Shown piece by piece: positions 54,100 to 63,863 of a stretch of DNA of 64,000 nucleotides (its first letter is position 1; each line of letters opens with the position of its first letter). The notes beneath the pieces were generated by a model, which was given only the letters and a program-made list of their open reading frames with translations, did not search any database and was not told the DNA's origin. This stretch comes from Bdellovibrionota bacterium (GTDB lineage: Bacteria > Bdellovibrionota > Bdellovibrionia > Bdellovibrionales > JAEYZS01). The stretch covers positions 76,005 through 140,004 of the forward strand of contig JAZKEU010000013.1 of NCBI GenBank assembly GCA_040386775.1. Direction: 5' to 3'. Both the position numbers and the translations under genes were made by a program.

Positions 54100-55284
54100 T
54101 CAAACGAGCTCTTCTATGCTTTTGATTGTTTCGAGAAGTGAATTGTAGTCTTGGGATTGCATAAGAATTCTTCCAAAATCTTCACCAGAGCCCTCTCGTT
54201 TTTTTACTGTCATTCCTGATTTTAAACCAGATTGTATATCCACCAGATTTGGATCTTGTAAAAGAGAAGCATAATCCGGTTCTCTTTCGACAACACCCTC
54301 TCCAGGATGTAGAATCCAAACAGCGGCGTGGCAATTTGATTTGGCTTTTACCGAAGGTGCCTTGCCACATTCGATGTCGATGAGAGTTTTCCATGGTGAA
54401 AATCCATAGCAGAGTTCGATCAACTTCATAATGTATCCACCCGGAGGTCTAATGGCGATTTCTCCAAAGAGAATATTTTTTTCAGTCAAGTAGTACTCAA
54501 CGTGAGCAATACCATTTTTGATTCCAAAGGTTTTGATAATTTGCGAGTTGAATTTTGAAAGTTTATCTTTAGAAATTTCATCGAGTTTTGCAGGAACAAT
54601 ATTGCATACGTGGTGAGTATGATAGTCTGTTGTATTTGAAAAAATAATCTCGCCATTGCAAACAAAACTTTCAACGCTGTACTCTTTTCCTTTAATGTAT
54701 TTTTCGGCTAGCATATTGGGTTTCATTTCAGAAAGGCCATCAATGCTATTGGCGATCACAAGACCGCGACTGCCCGAGCTGTCTCGCTCTTTTAGAACAA
54801 TAGGAAATCCAAATTTCTGTGCTAACTCTTCAGGAGTTGTGGCTTCATCAATCAAAATAAAATCTGTAATCGGGATATGATGCTTTCTGGCATGATTTTT
54901 CATTTCAAATTTGTCGTGGCAAAGATTGAATTTTTCTAGATCAGCTTTTTTTGAAAGGGATTTTTTAAGAATTTGTTGAGCAATAGGAATTGATTTTTCT
55001 GTGAGAGGTATAATGGCATCGAAGGACATGTTTTTAAACATGTCATAGTTTCCATTAAAAACCATTTCTGAATATTTTTTTGACCCAAATGATTTAGTCG
55101 AGAATTTTGGTTTTTTTAAATTTAGAACATAAGTTTCAAATCCCAATTCAACTGCTTTTTGAATAGGGTCGAGCCTCTTTCCAACAAATAAAATCGATTT
55201 ACCGCTCTTCAATATTAAATTCTCGCTGTTCACTTTGTTCTTCGGTGTACACAGAAAAATAAATTCTACCGATTTCGCGGCCAT
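54100..55284 (-). CDS. ATP-grasp domain protein (carboxylate-amine ligase type), substrate unknown
   Basis: PIVLKERDSSGSRGL, EKYIKGKEYSVESF and HVEYYL..ILFGEIAIRPPGG are ATP-grasp motifs. The ATG at 55284 overlaps the upstream gene by 86 nt; GTG and TTG alternatives lie near 55215..55240. Confidence 0.72.
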   Translation of the reverse strand: MAAKSVEFIFLCTPKNKVNSENLILKSGKSILFVGKRLDPIQKAVELGFETYVLNLKKPKFSTKSFGSKKYSEMVFNGNYDMFKNMSFDAIIPLTEKSIPIAQQILKKSLSKKADLEKFNLCHDKFEMKNHARKHHIPITDFILIDEATTPEELAQKFGFPIVLKERDSSGSRGLVIANSIDGLSEMKPNMLAEKYIKGKEYSVESFVCNGEIIFSNTTDYHTHHVCNIVPAKLDEISKDKLSKFNSQIIKTFGIKNGIAHVEYYLTEKNILFGEIAIRPPGGYIMKLIELCYGFSPWKTLIDIECGKAPSVKAKSNCHAAVWILHPGEGVVEREPDYASLLQDPNLVDIQSGLKSGMTVKKREGSGEDFGRILMQSQDYNSLLETIKSIEELV

Positions 55285-56308
55285 CTGTCGTCTCTATTTG
55301 TACACGCCAGTCTCCGGGCTGGTATTTGGACTTGTACGTAAACCCTCGAAAGCCATCCTCTCTGCCGCCAGAGATCGTCATTGGAATCAAATCCCATGTT
55401 GTCCAGCCTTGAATTGGATCATCATGCATCCATCGAATATTCACTTGATCAGAAAATCTTGCTGGCGAATAAATATTTGTGAAGAAGTAAATGTTATCAC
55501 CGAATTGGGCCTCAAAAGCTTGATCACCGTTTTGCCAGAATTTCCAGATAGGCTTTTGGTGGTACAAAAGATACTTCCCATCTTTTTTTTCTACGTTGTG
55601 ATAAATTCCCATGTATTTAGCGGAGAGCGGAACGGGCGGAATCCATCCGGCAAAATAAAATAATATAAAAGCAGATTGGACCACTACCATTGGCATGAAC
55701 AGCTGCTTTTGAATGAATACTTTTTCAATATCTCTGGGAAGAATTTTTTTAAATAAAAAGTACGCACAGCCAATTGTTGATAACACAGCAAGCGCAAAAG
55801 GAATCAGCCCAATGAAACCCAAAATTGTTGGATAGAGCATAGAGAAGAAAGCATTCAAACAAAGAATGAACATCCCAAACTTTAGCCAGTGACCAGCACT
55901 CTGAACCCTCGACATTTCGTTGGCTATGAGAATTGCGCCAATGATAATAATAAAAACAAAAGAACTCAGCAGTGATGAGCTTTTAAAATAAAAAATAGAA
56001 TACAGACTTAAGAGTGAACCAAACAAAAAGTGTACAACGAGCTGACGGTACTCCCAAATTTTGGTAAGCTTCGCAGGAATTTGAATTTTCTGAAATGAAT
56101 TTAGAACATCATAATAAAGAATCATTCCAATGATTGTCAGATAGGCAACCTGTTGAAAGATTGCAAAAAGATCATCGGGGTCAGAAAGTGTGACGAGATC
56201 AAATAAAAATCCGCCCACGAAAAATGCAATCATCAAATGAGCTTCATGCTTGTTGTATAATTCAGAAAATTTAGATTTTAAGTGCGCAGGTTTATAATAA
56301 TTTTCCAT
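55199..56308 (-). CDS. polytopic membrane protein with C-terminal DUF2914-like domain
   Basis: About 8 TM helices, then a soluble C-terminus (ISGGREDGFRGFTYKSKYQPGDWRVQIETTDGREIGRIYFSV) resembling DUF2914. Start trimmed to the ATG at 56308, because the ORF-track start at 56491 would run through the divergent gene start. Confidence 0.55.
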   Translation of the reverse strand: MENYYKPAHLKSKFSELYNKHEAHLMIAFFVGGFLFDLVTLSDPDDLFAIFQQVAYLTIIGMILYYDVLNSFQKIQIPAKLTKIWEYRQLVVHFLFGSLLSLYSIFYFKSSSLLSSFVFIIIIGAILIANEMSRVQSAGHWLKFGMFILCLNAFFSMLYPTILGFIGLIPFALAVLSTIGCAYFLFKKILPRDIEKVFIQKQLFMPMVVVQSAFILFYFAGWIPPVPLSAKYMGIYHNVEKKDGKYLLYHQKPIWKFWQNGDQAFEAQFGDNIYFFTNIYSPARFSDQVNIRWMHDDPIQGWTTWDLIPMTISGGREDGFRGFTYKSKYQPGDWRVQIETTDGREIGRIYFSVYTEEQSEQREFNIEER

Positions 56309-56489
56309 ATGTAGAGGGTTCCATTTTTGTAGGTGTAGGGCAATTGTTGAGTATGATGTATAAATGAATTTTTTTTCATATAGTTTAGTAAAATCAATAT
56401 GCTTAATGCAACGCGCATTAGTTGAATTCTGCCCCTCAATAAAACTATATTCAGTTGAACTGTTTAACAAACTGAAAGGAATCACTATC

Positions 56490-56684
56490 ATGAAACTTTA
56501 CGTAAAAAAATCGTTAGGTGTTTTTGCTCTAGTAGCTGTATTAGCAACTTCAATGACTGCATGTTTAAAAGATAAAACTGCTGAAACAACAACTGAAGAA
56601 ACTGCTGTAGAGCAAACTGCTCCAACAGAAGGTCAACCAACAGAAGCGCCTCCTGCTGATGCTGGAACAACTCAATCTAACTAA
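56490..56684 (+). CDS. small lipoprotein with T/E/P-rich tail
   Basis: ATG at 56490 with AAAGGAA SD. MKLYVKKSLGVFALVAVLATSMTAC lipobox-like signal. 64 aa. Confidence 0.5.
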   Translation: MKLYVKKSLGVFALVAVLATSMTACLKDKTAETTTEETAVEQTAPTEGQPTEAPPADAGTTQSN

Positions 56685-56715
56685 TTTTATTTAGTCATAG
56701 ACTAGAGATAGATCT

Positions 56716-56761
56716 AAAAAACGCAAGCCATGGGGAAATCCTGAGACTTGCGTTTTTTTTT
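56716..56761 (+). terminator. rho-independent terminator
   Basis: AACGCAAG (56720..56727) pairs with CTTGCGTT (56747..56754), followed by a T run of at least 8. The loop is rather large (19 nt). Confidence 0.6.
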
Positions 56762-56816
56762 GTGCTAGCTTTTGTAGTATTGCATATCACTAACTACAAA
56801 CTTAATCGGGGGATTA

Positions 56817-58472
56817 ATGAGCTTTTACTGGCATAAAAACTATCCAAAAGGTATTCCAGAGCAAATCGACGTCAATCAGTACTCATCCATCGTTCAAGTT
56901 ATAGAAGAATCCTGCAAAAAATTTAGTAACCTTAAAAGCTTCACAAATATGGGCGAAAGTCTAACTTTTGACCGAGTCAATAAGCTCAGTGATGATTTCG
57001 CATCGTTTCTTCAACACGAGCTGAAACTAAAAAAAGGTGATCGTATAGCGATTCAAATGCCGAACTGTCTTCAATATCCCATCGCTCTCTTTGGCGCATT
57101 GAAGGCAGGACTGATCGTAGTGAACACAAATCCTCTCTACACAGTAAAAGAAATGGATCATCAATTTAAAGATTCCGGCATTAAGGCCATCGTGATCTTT
57201 GCGAATTTTGCCGTGAACCTAGAAAAAATTCTCCCCAATTTCCCTCACATCAATATCGTTGTGACAGAACTTGGAGATATGTTTAAGCCTGTTAAAAAAC
57301 TACTAGTGAACTCAGTTGTAAAAAACGTAAAGAAAATGGTTCCTGCTTACAGTCTTCCGGGTGCATATAGCTTTGCTGAAACACTGTCTATTGGTGCAAA
57401 AAAGAAATATCAAAAAGTAGATATCAAATCTGATGAAGTGGCTTTCCTTCAATACACGGGAGGAACTACCGGAGTCTCTAAAGGCGCAATCCTTACAAAT
57501 AAAAATATTATTGCGAATATGCTCCAGGCAAAAGAATGGATGTCTCCACTTTTAAGAGACGGCGAAGAGGTGATCATTACGGCGCTTCCGCTTTATCATA
57601 TTTTTTCTCTTACAGTGAATTGCTTAATTATGATGTCTAAGGGCGGAGAGAATGTTCTTATTACAAATCCAAAAGATATTCCTGGATTCATTAAAGAATT
57701 AAAAAAGCACAAGTTCACAGTCATGACAGGTGTGAATACGCTCTTCAATGCTCTGATGAATAATCCTAAGTTTTCTGAAATTAATTTTAAGAGTGTAAAG
57801 CTCTCTGTGGCGGGAGCTACGGCTCTGCAAAAAGCAGTTGCAGAAAAATGGAAACAAAAAACCGGAACTACTGTTATAGAAGGTTATGGATTAACTGAGG
57901 CATCTCCAATTGTGTGTTGCAACCCTGTTGGAGGTGGCGACCAAATAGGAACCATCGGAATGCCAGTCCCATCAACGGAAGTAAAGCTTTTGGATGATGA
58001 CGGGAAAGAAGTTAAAGAGGGCGAGCCAGGAGAGCTTTGTGTAAAAGGTCCGCAAGTGATGCAAGGTTATTGGAATCGTCCGGATGAAACTGATAAAGTG
58101 ATCAAAAATGGCTGGTTGCACACGGGCGATATTGCAGTTTCTGATTCTTCCGGGTTCTTTAAAATTGTAGATCGCAAAAAAGATATGATTCTTGTTTCTG
58201 GATTTAATGTTTATCCAAATGAGATCGAAGATGTAGTGGCAAGTCATCCAGGAGTTCTGGAGGTCGCGGCTGTTGGAATTCCAGATGAACATTCTGGTGA
58301 AGCCGTAAAACTTTTTATCGTGAAGAAAGATCCAAATCTAAAAGAACAAGATGTTTTGGATTTCTGTAAAGATAAGCTTACAAATTACAAGCGTCCAAAA
58401 TCTATTGAATGGCGCAAAGAATTGCCAAAAACAAATGTAGGTAAGATTTTAAGAAGAGAACTTAGAGGATAA
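56817..58472 (+). CDS. fadD: long-chain-fatty-acid--CoA ligase
   Basis: AMP-binding motif LQYTGGTTGVSKGA, EGYGLTE, GWLHTGDI, and C-terminal KLTNYKRPK...GKILRREL. Confidence 0.9.
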   Translation: MSFYWHKNYPKGIPEQIDVNQYSSIVQVIEESCKKFSNLKSFTNMGESLTFDRVNKLSDDFASFLQHELKLKKGDRIAIQMPNCLQYPIALFGALKAGLIVVNTNPLYTVKEMDHQFKDSGIKAIVIFANFAVNLEKILPNFPHINIVVTELGDMFKPVKKLLVNSVVKNVKKMVPAYSLPGAYSFAETLSIGAKKKYQKVDIKSDEVAFLQYTGGTTGVSKGAILTNKNIIANMLQAKEWMSPLLRDGEEVIITALPLYHIFSLTVNCLIMMSKGGENVLITNPKDIPGFIKELKKHKFTVMTGVNTLFNALMNNPKFSEINFKSVKLSVAGATALQKAVAEKWKQKTGTTVIEGYGLTEASPIVCCNPVGGGDQIGTIGMPVPSTEVKLLDDDGKEVKEGEPGELCVKGPQVMQGYWNRPDETDKVIKNGWLHTGDIAVSDSSGFFKIVDRKKDMILVSGFNVYPNEIEDVVASHPGVLEVAAVGIPDEHSGEAVKLFIVKKDPNLKEQDVLDFCKDKLTNYKRPKSIEWRKELPKTNVGKILRRELRG

Positions 58473-58503
58473 TCTTGCCTCTTTCTTAATCGAACAGGAT
58501 TTC

Positions 58504-60363
58504 ATGAAGCTCTCAGTTATTGTACTCATTCTGTTTTGTACTATGAATCTCTTTGCTGCAGAGTCTGAGATGCAAAGACGCGATCATGTGATCGTGTCTT
58601 TGATTGCTGATCACGATCAAATTTCTTCCAATCAAGACTTTAAAGTTGGCTTAAAATTCATTATCGAAAAGGGCTGGCACATTTATTGGAAAAATCCTGG
58701 GGACTCAGGTACAGCCCCCAAAATTAAATGGGAACAATCTAAAGTCCAAATTTCCAGCTTCAGCTGGCCGACCCCACATATATTTCACATCGAGCCTCTG
58801 GCAAACTACGGTTATGAAAAAGAAGTTATTTTTCCAATGGAGGTTAAGTTTTCTGGAAATAATTTTCAACTTGCAGGTGAGGCTTCGTGGTTGGTTTGTA
58901 AGATTGAATGCATTCCCGGAAAAGCACAGCTGAAACTCACAATTCCAGTGGGCGAAGAGGAGATATCTTTTTCTGACTCAAAAGAAATCGAAAAATATCT
59001 TTCGTTAAAAGCCATCGCTACCAATGACATCAAGCTTTCGCTTGATCAAGATGCCTCGACATTCAAATTAAAATTCTCCTCTGAAGACATGGATTTAAAG
59101 TCTTTCGAAAAAGCTTATTTTTTTCCTAATGATGGGACATACATTGCCCACGCAGCTCCACAGGAAATGTCCACTGATAAAAACCACATTGAGCTCACTA
59201 TCAAAAAGAGTGATTCACTGACAGAAAATCCTGAATTCATTGATGGAGTTTTAGCATTAGAGAAAAAAGGTGAACCAAGACTATCTTTTGAAGTTTCTAG
59301 TGAAGCTAAAGGAGCAGGTCTCTCTCTTTGGATGGCTCTGGCATTTGCCTTCTTAGGAGGATTGATTTTAAACCTTATGCCGTGTGTATTTCCGGTGATC
59401 TCTATTAAAATTTTAGGTTTTGTAGATTCAAGTCAAAAAACGAATACAGAAATTTCTAATCACGGGTGGGCTTATACTGCAGGAGTTCTGCTTTCGTTTT
59501 TGATTTTGAGTGGTGCTCTTTTAATTTTAAGATCACTCGGACAAAGTCTAGGCTGGGGATTCCAATTGCAATCGCCATATTTTGTAATTTTCATGATGGT
59601 TTTATTTTTTCTTATTGCTCTTAATCTCTGGGGAGTGTTTGAAATTGGGGAAAACCTAGCGGGCGTTGGGAACAAAGTTTCCAGACAAAAAGGCTATGGA
59701 GGTTCCTTCTTTACAGGAATTCTTGCGACACTTGTTGCAACTCCGTGTACGGCTCCTTTTATGGGTTCGGCACTTGGATTTGCAATTACACTTCCGCCAA
59801 TTCAATCCGTATTTATTTTTTTGATGTTGGGATTTGGAATGGCGGTCCCATATTTAATATTGAGTTACTTTCCTTCTTGGATTCGAAAACTTCCTAAGCC
59901 AGGTCCGTGGATGATCACATTCAAAAAAATCTTAGCAATACCAATGTTATTGACGGTGGTGTGGCTGGGGTGGGTGCTGTCACTGCAACTTCAGAGCCCG
60001 GAAAACATAAAAAATGAAGGAGCCTGGATTTCTTATTCTGAAACTGAACTTCAAAAGTTACGGGATGAAGGGGCTCCTGTATTTGTGGATTTCACTGCGG
60101 CGTGGTGCATAACTTGCCAGGTGAACAAGAAAGTTGTTCTTAATACTGACAAAATTCAATTGGCTTTCAAAGAGGCAGGCGTTGTGCTTATGAAAGCGGA
60201 CTGGACCAATCAAGATCCTGTAATCACAAAGGCTTTGGCAGCATTTGATAGAAACAGTGTTCCTCTTTACATTTTATATACAAAAAACAAGGATGATAAG
60301 CCCCTTGTCCTGCCCGAGATTCTTACAGATGATATTGTGCTAAATAGTCTCAAGAAACTTTAA
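58504..60363 (+). CDS. dsbD: thiol:disulfide interchange protein DsbD family
   Basis: Signal peptide plus N-terminal periplasmic domain. TM core with LMPCVFPV and ATPCTAPF Cys motifs. C-terminal thioredoxin fold with WCITC. Confidence 0.85.
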   Translation: MKLSVIVLILFCTMNLFAAESEMQRRDHVIVSLIADHDQISSNQDFKVGLKFIIEKGWHIYWKNPGDSGTAPKIKWEQSKVQISSFSWPTPHIFHIEPLANYGYEKEVIFPMEVKFSGNNFQLAGEASWLVCKIECIPGKAQLKLTIPVGEEEISFSDSKEIEKYLSLKAIATNDIKLSLDQDASTFKLKFSSEDMDLKSFEKAYFFPNDGTYIAHAAPQEMSTDKNHIELTIKKSDSLTENPEFIDGVLALEKKGEPRLSFEVSSEAKGAGLSLWMALAFAFLGGLILNLMPCVFPVISIKILGFVDSSQKTNTEISNHGWAYTAGVLLSFLILSGALLILRSLGQSLGWGFQLQSPYFVIFMMVLFFLIALNLWGVFEIGENLAGVGNKVSRQKGYGGSFFTGILATLVATPCTAPFMGSALGFAITLPPIQSVFIFLMLGFGMAVPYLILSYFPSWIRKLPKPGPWMITFKKILAIPMLLTVVWLGWVLSLQLQSPENIKNEGAWISYSETELQKLRDEGAPVFVDFTAAWCITCQVNKKVVLNTDKIQLAFKEAGVVLMKADWTNQDPVITKALAAFDRNSVPLYILYTKNKDDKPLVLPEILTDDIVLNSLKKL

Positions 60364-60430
60364 CAAATCTGGGATTGATCTTTACCATAAGCAACTCTAG
60401 AATTTTACACAAATAGAAGGAGACATTATT

Positions 60431-61024
60431 ATGATCAAATTAAGCGCACTGCTATTATCGCTATTTATGGCTACTGTATCGTTTGCAGCAAAGGTTGGAG
60501 AAAAGGCTCCAGACTTTAAAGTTTCAGATATGAACGGTAAGACTGTTCAGTTGGCAGATTTCAAAGGAAAATTCGTAGTTCTTGAGTGGATGAACGAAGG
60601 CTGTCCTTTTGTTAAAAAACATTATGAATCAAACAATATGCAAAAGCTTCAGAAAGAATACACTGGCAAAAATGTTGCGTGGCTGACAGTTGCTTCTTCA
60701 CAAAAAGGCAAACAAGGTCACTGGACTCCAGAGCAAGCTCAAACGAAAGCAAAAGAGTGGAATATGGCTCCAACTGCAATTCTACTGGATGAGGGCGCTA
60801 AAATGGGCAAGGCTTACGGAGCAAAAGTTACTCCGCACATGTTCGTTATCAATCCAGAGGGTGTTCTGGTTTACAACGGAGCTATTGATGACAATGATTC
60901 TTCAGACGCTGCGGATATTCCTAAATCTACAAACTATGTAGATCTAGCCCTTAAAGAATCTCTTGCAGGAAAACCTGTTAAAGTTTCAACTTCTAAGCCT
61001 TATGGTTGTGGAGTTAAGTTTTAA
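60431..61024 (+). CDS. periplasmic thioredoxin-fold (redoxin/TlpA-like) protein
   Basis: Signal peptide MIKLSALLLSLFMATVSFA and redoxin fold with the EGCPFVKKHY active-site region. Confidence 0.72.
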   Translation: MIKLSALLLSLFMATVSFAAKVGEKAPDFKVSDMNGKTVQLADFKGKFVVLEWMNEGCPFVKKHYESNNMQKLQKEYTGKNVAWLTVASSQKGKQGHWTPEQAQTKAKEWNMAPTAILLDEGAKMGKAYGAKVTPHMFVINPEGVLVYNGAIDDNDSSDAADIPKSTNYVDLALKESLAGKPVKVSTSKPYGCGVKF

Positions 61025-61042
61025 GTTATATTATCGTAGCTT

Positions 61043-62914
61043 ATGAAATCTGGAGCTTCTAATACGCCGGACGTATTGCAAAATTCTAAAGACGCGCCGG
61101 CGTTACCCAATAAACCTGTAAAATTCGTTCTTCATTTTCTTAGTTTTTATAAATGGAGTCTCGCTCTCATGTTCTTGTTAGAAATGGGACAAGCTGCTTG
61201 CCAAATCATGATTCCTTACGCCATCAAAAAACTAATCGATGTGCATACACTTCAAAATTTAGATCCCAATGGGTCAATCTTTGTTCAGTACAAAGATCCT
61301 CTGATTCTTTTTGTTTGTTTAAGTTTAGGAATTTTAATTTTCAGCAGAGCCAGCGGCGCAATGCTGGTGATAATTGGGCCTACCCTGAGAAGGCGTGTAA
61401 AAGTGAATCTTTATCACTATCTTCAATATCATTCTCAAAGATTTTTCTCTTCGCATTTTTCGGGGTCACTATCAAATCGTATCAACGAAGTATCGATGAG
61501 TGTGAATCACTCGACATGGACAATTCTTTTTGATTTCTGGCCAATCATCGTTACCTTCTCCTTCTCGCTTTACTTATTGTTGAATGCGCACGTGGGATTG
61601 GGAATGTTTTTGGGTGGATGGATTTTATTCTACATCACGGTGTCGTATTTCTTGGCTCGTAAATGCCGTGAGTACGCCAAGAACTATGCAGAAGCTCGCA
61701 GTACAGTCAGTGGAAAGATTGTGGATGCTGTCACCAACATCATGAACACGAAGCTCTTTACGCAACTTGATTTTGAAAGAAATCATCTTGGAAATCATTT
61801 AAACAACGAAGTCGACCTAGCAAGAAAAACTTTTTGGTTTATGGAAAAGATGAGATGGTTTCAGTTTGTCTCAACGCTTGTTCTACAAGTTGCAATGATC
61901 CTTTACAGTCTAACAGTATGGCAAAAAAGTGAAATCACGGTAGGTGAGTTTTCGATGATTGCCTCGCTCTCACTTTTGATCATTAACGATGCTAGAGGAT
62001 TAAGCCGTAGATTCCTGGAATTTTTTGAATACATTGGGAACGTCACAGACGGCGTGAGAATTATGATTGTTTCACATGATATTGTGGACAGCGACAATGC
62101 GACAGTAATTAAGGTGCCAGATGGTCAAATCGAATTCAAAAACGTAGGTTTTGAATATTCTGAAGGGAAAAAAGTATTTGAAGATCTCAGCGTAAAAATT
62201 CCCGCGGGACAGAAAGTGGGCTTAGTCGGATTTTCAGGATCCGGAAAGTCTACTTTTTTAAATTTAATTTTAAGATTTTATGAAATCAATAAAGGTGAAA
62301 TCCTTATTGATAATCAGAATATCAGCAAGGTGACTCAGGATTCTTTGAGAGCAGATGTGAGCGTGATTCCGCAGGAACCAATGTTATTTCACAGATCACT
62401 GATGGAGAATATTCGTTATGGTAGAATCAAAGCTACCGACGAAGAAGTGATCAAGGCTTCAAAAGATGCTCACGCTCATGATTTTATTGTAGAAAAGCCC
62501 CTACAATATAAATCTCTAGTTGGTGAGAGAGGGATTAAGCTCTCTGGCGGACAAAGACAAAGAATCGCGATTGCTAGAGCATTTTTAAAGAATGCTCCTA
62601 TACTTTTAATGGATGAGGCAACATCATCACTGGATTCCTTTACTGAAAAATTAATTCAAGTGAGTTTAAAAAAATTAATGAAAAATCGAACGGTACTTGT
62701 GATTGCACATAGGCTCTCGACAATTTCGCAACTTGATAGAATTATTGTTTTTCACGAAGGTAAAATCATTGAAGATGGAAATCATGATGAGCTCATTGCA
62801 CTCGGTGGTCACTACTCGAAGATGTGGAATATGCAAGCGGGGGGCTTCTTGCCGTCCAGTTTTGATGAAGAAAAAGAATCTGATGATAAGGAAGAAGCGC
62901 CGCTGATGGGTTAG
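61043..62914 (+). CDS. ABC exporter, fused permease/ATPase (MsbA/CydDC-type half transporter)
   Basis: Six-TM N-terminal domain. Walker A GFSGSGKST, signature LSGGQRQRIAIARA, Walker B ILLMDEATS. Confidence 0.85.
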   Translation: MKSGASNTPDVLQNSKDAPALPNKPVKFVLHFLSFYKWSLALMFLLEMGQAACQIMIPYAIKKLIDVHTLQNLDPNGSIFVQYKDPLILFVCLSLGILIFSRASGAMLVIIGPTLRRRVKVNLYHYLQYHSQRFFSSHFSGSLSNRINEVSMSVNHSTWTILFDFWPIIVTFSFSLYLLLNAHVGLGMFLGGWILFYITVSYFLARKCREYAKNYAEARSTVSGKIVDAVTNIMNTKLFTQLDFERNHLGNHLNNEVDLARKTFWFMEKMRWFQFVSTLVLQVAMILYSLTVWQKSEITVGEFSMIASLSLLIINDARGLSRRFLEFFEYIGNVTDGVRIMIVSHDIVDSDNATVIKVPDGQIEFKNVGFEYSEGKKVFEDLSVKIPAGQKVGLVGFSGSGKSTFLNLILRFYEINKGEILIDNQNISKVTQDSLRADVSVIPQEPMLFHRSLMENIRYGRIKATDEEVIKASKDAHAHDFIVEKPLQYKSLVGERGIKLSGGQRQRIAIARAFLKNAPILLMDEATSSLDSFTEKLIQVSLKKLMKNRTVLVIAHRLSTISQLDRIIVFHEGKIIEDGNHDELIALGGHYSKMWNMQAGGFLPSSFDEEKESDDKEEAPLMG

Positions 62915-62917
62915 ATG

Positions 62918-63259
62918 CTATGCAGCGGTGTCTTTAAAGATAAAATACGCTGCACCTGCCAAACACAGTGAAGCATACATAAAATTCTTTGATATAGGCG
63001 TTTTCATATAAAGTACCGCAAAGCCTGCAAACACAATCATTGTGATGATTTCTTGAATTACTTTAAGTTGAGGTAAAGTGAAGTAGTTTATACCTGTTCT
63101 ATTGGCCGGGACTTGAAAGACGTATTCAGCAAATGCAATTAACCAGCTCACAAGGATTGCAATATAGAGTGGCTTTTCTTTTAAATTCTTTAAATGACCA
63201 TACCAAGCAAAGGTCATAAACAAGTTTGAAATCAGTAGTAAACCTATGGTCTTTATCAT
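62918..63259 (-). CDS. DMT-family small membrane protein (DUF486)
   Basis: 113 aa. MIKTIGLLLISNLFMTFAWYGHLK is the typical DUF486 N-terminus. Confidence 0.75.
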   Translation of the reverse strand: MIKTIGLLLISNLFMTFAWYGHLKNLKEKPLYIAILVSWLIAFAEYVFQVPANRTGINYFTLPQLKVIQEIITMIVFAGFAVLYMKTPISKNFMYASLCLAGAAYFIFKDTAA

Positions 63260-63328
63260 AAAATAACATTGTCCTTTTCACGAAGTGAATGATTACTCAA
63301 TCGTAAAGAATAAATAAGGAAAATCAAA

Positions 63329-63862
63329 ATGAAATTCTTAAAATACATCACTTTCTCGCTCTCGCTCTCGCTATTTTCTTTCGACGTTCAGGCTGAAGAA
63401 TTAAAAGTTGGAGCTCCAGCCCCCATCGTTATGGGAATCAATCAAGATGGGAAATCTGTTGATTTTGCCAAAGCCTATAAAACCAACAAGTATGTTCTCG
63501 TATACTTCTACCCAAAGGCAGATACACCAGGATGTACGGCTCAGGCCAATTCACTAAGAGATGCTTACGAAGCACTTCATGATAAAAAAGGAATGGCAAT
63601 TTTTGGGGTCAGTGCGGATGAAGTGGCAATTCAAAAAGATTTCCAAAAGAAATACAAGCTGCCCTTTGATTTGATTGCCGATGACAAAAAAACAGTCATC
63701 AACGCTTTTGGTGTGCCAACGACGATGGGATTTGCCAAGAGACAGGCTTTCCTCATCAAAGAAGGCAAAGTGGCTTGGTTAGATAAGAATGCATCCACTA
63801 AGGAACAAGCAGATGATATTTTAAAATTCCTGAAAAATGAATCAGGTGAGAGCGAGAAATAA
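63329..63862 (+). CDS. signal-peptide-bearing Bcp-type peroxiredoxin (predicted periplasmic)
   Basis: MKFLKYITFSLSLSLFSFDVQA signal peptide, then YFYPKADTPGCTAQA. Confidence 0.85.
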   Translation: MKFLKYITFSLSLSLFSFDVQAEELKVGAPAPIVMGINQDGKSVDFAKAYKTNKYVLVYFYPKADTPGCTAQANSLRDAYEALHDKKGMAIFGVSADEVAIQKDFQKKYKLPFDLIADDKKTVINAFGVPTTMGFAKRQAFLIKEGKVAWLDKNASTKEQADDILKFLKNESGESEK

Positions 63863-63863
63863 T

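Noticed and set aside
56309-56491. N-terminal extensions of the DUF2914 ORF (to 56491) and of the small lipoprotein ORF (from 56364)
   Set aside because: The two extensions would make divergent genes overlap across each other's starts. The extended parts lack TM or signal features. The internal ATGs at 56308 and 56490 give sensible N-termini.
63354-63371. Hexanucleotide tandem repeat (TCTCGC)x3 inside the signal peptide of the secreted Bcp gene (encodes SLSLSL)
   Set aside because: It has only three in-frame units. Any slippage would preserve the frame within a hydrophobic signal region, so it is unlikely to be a phase-variation switch.
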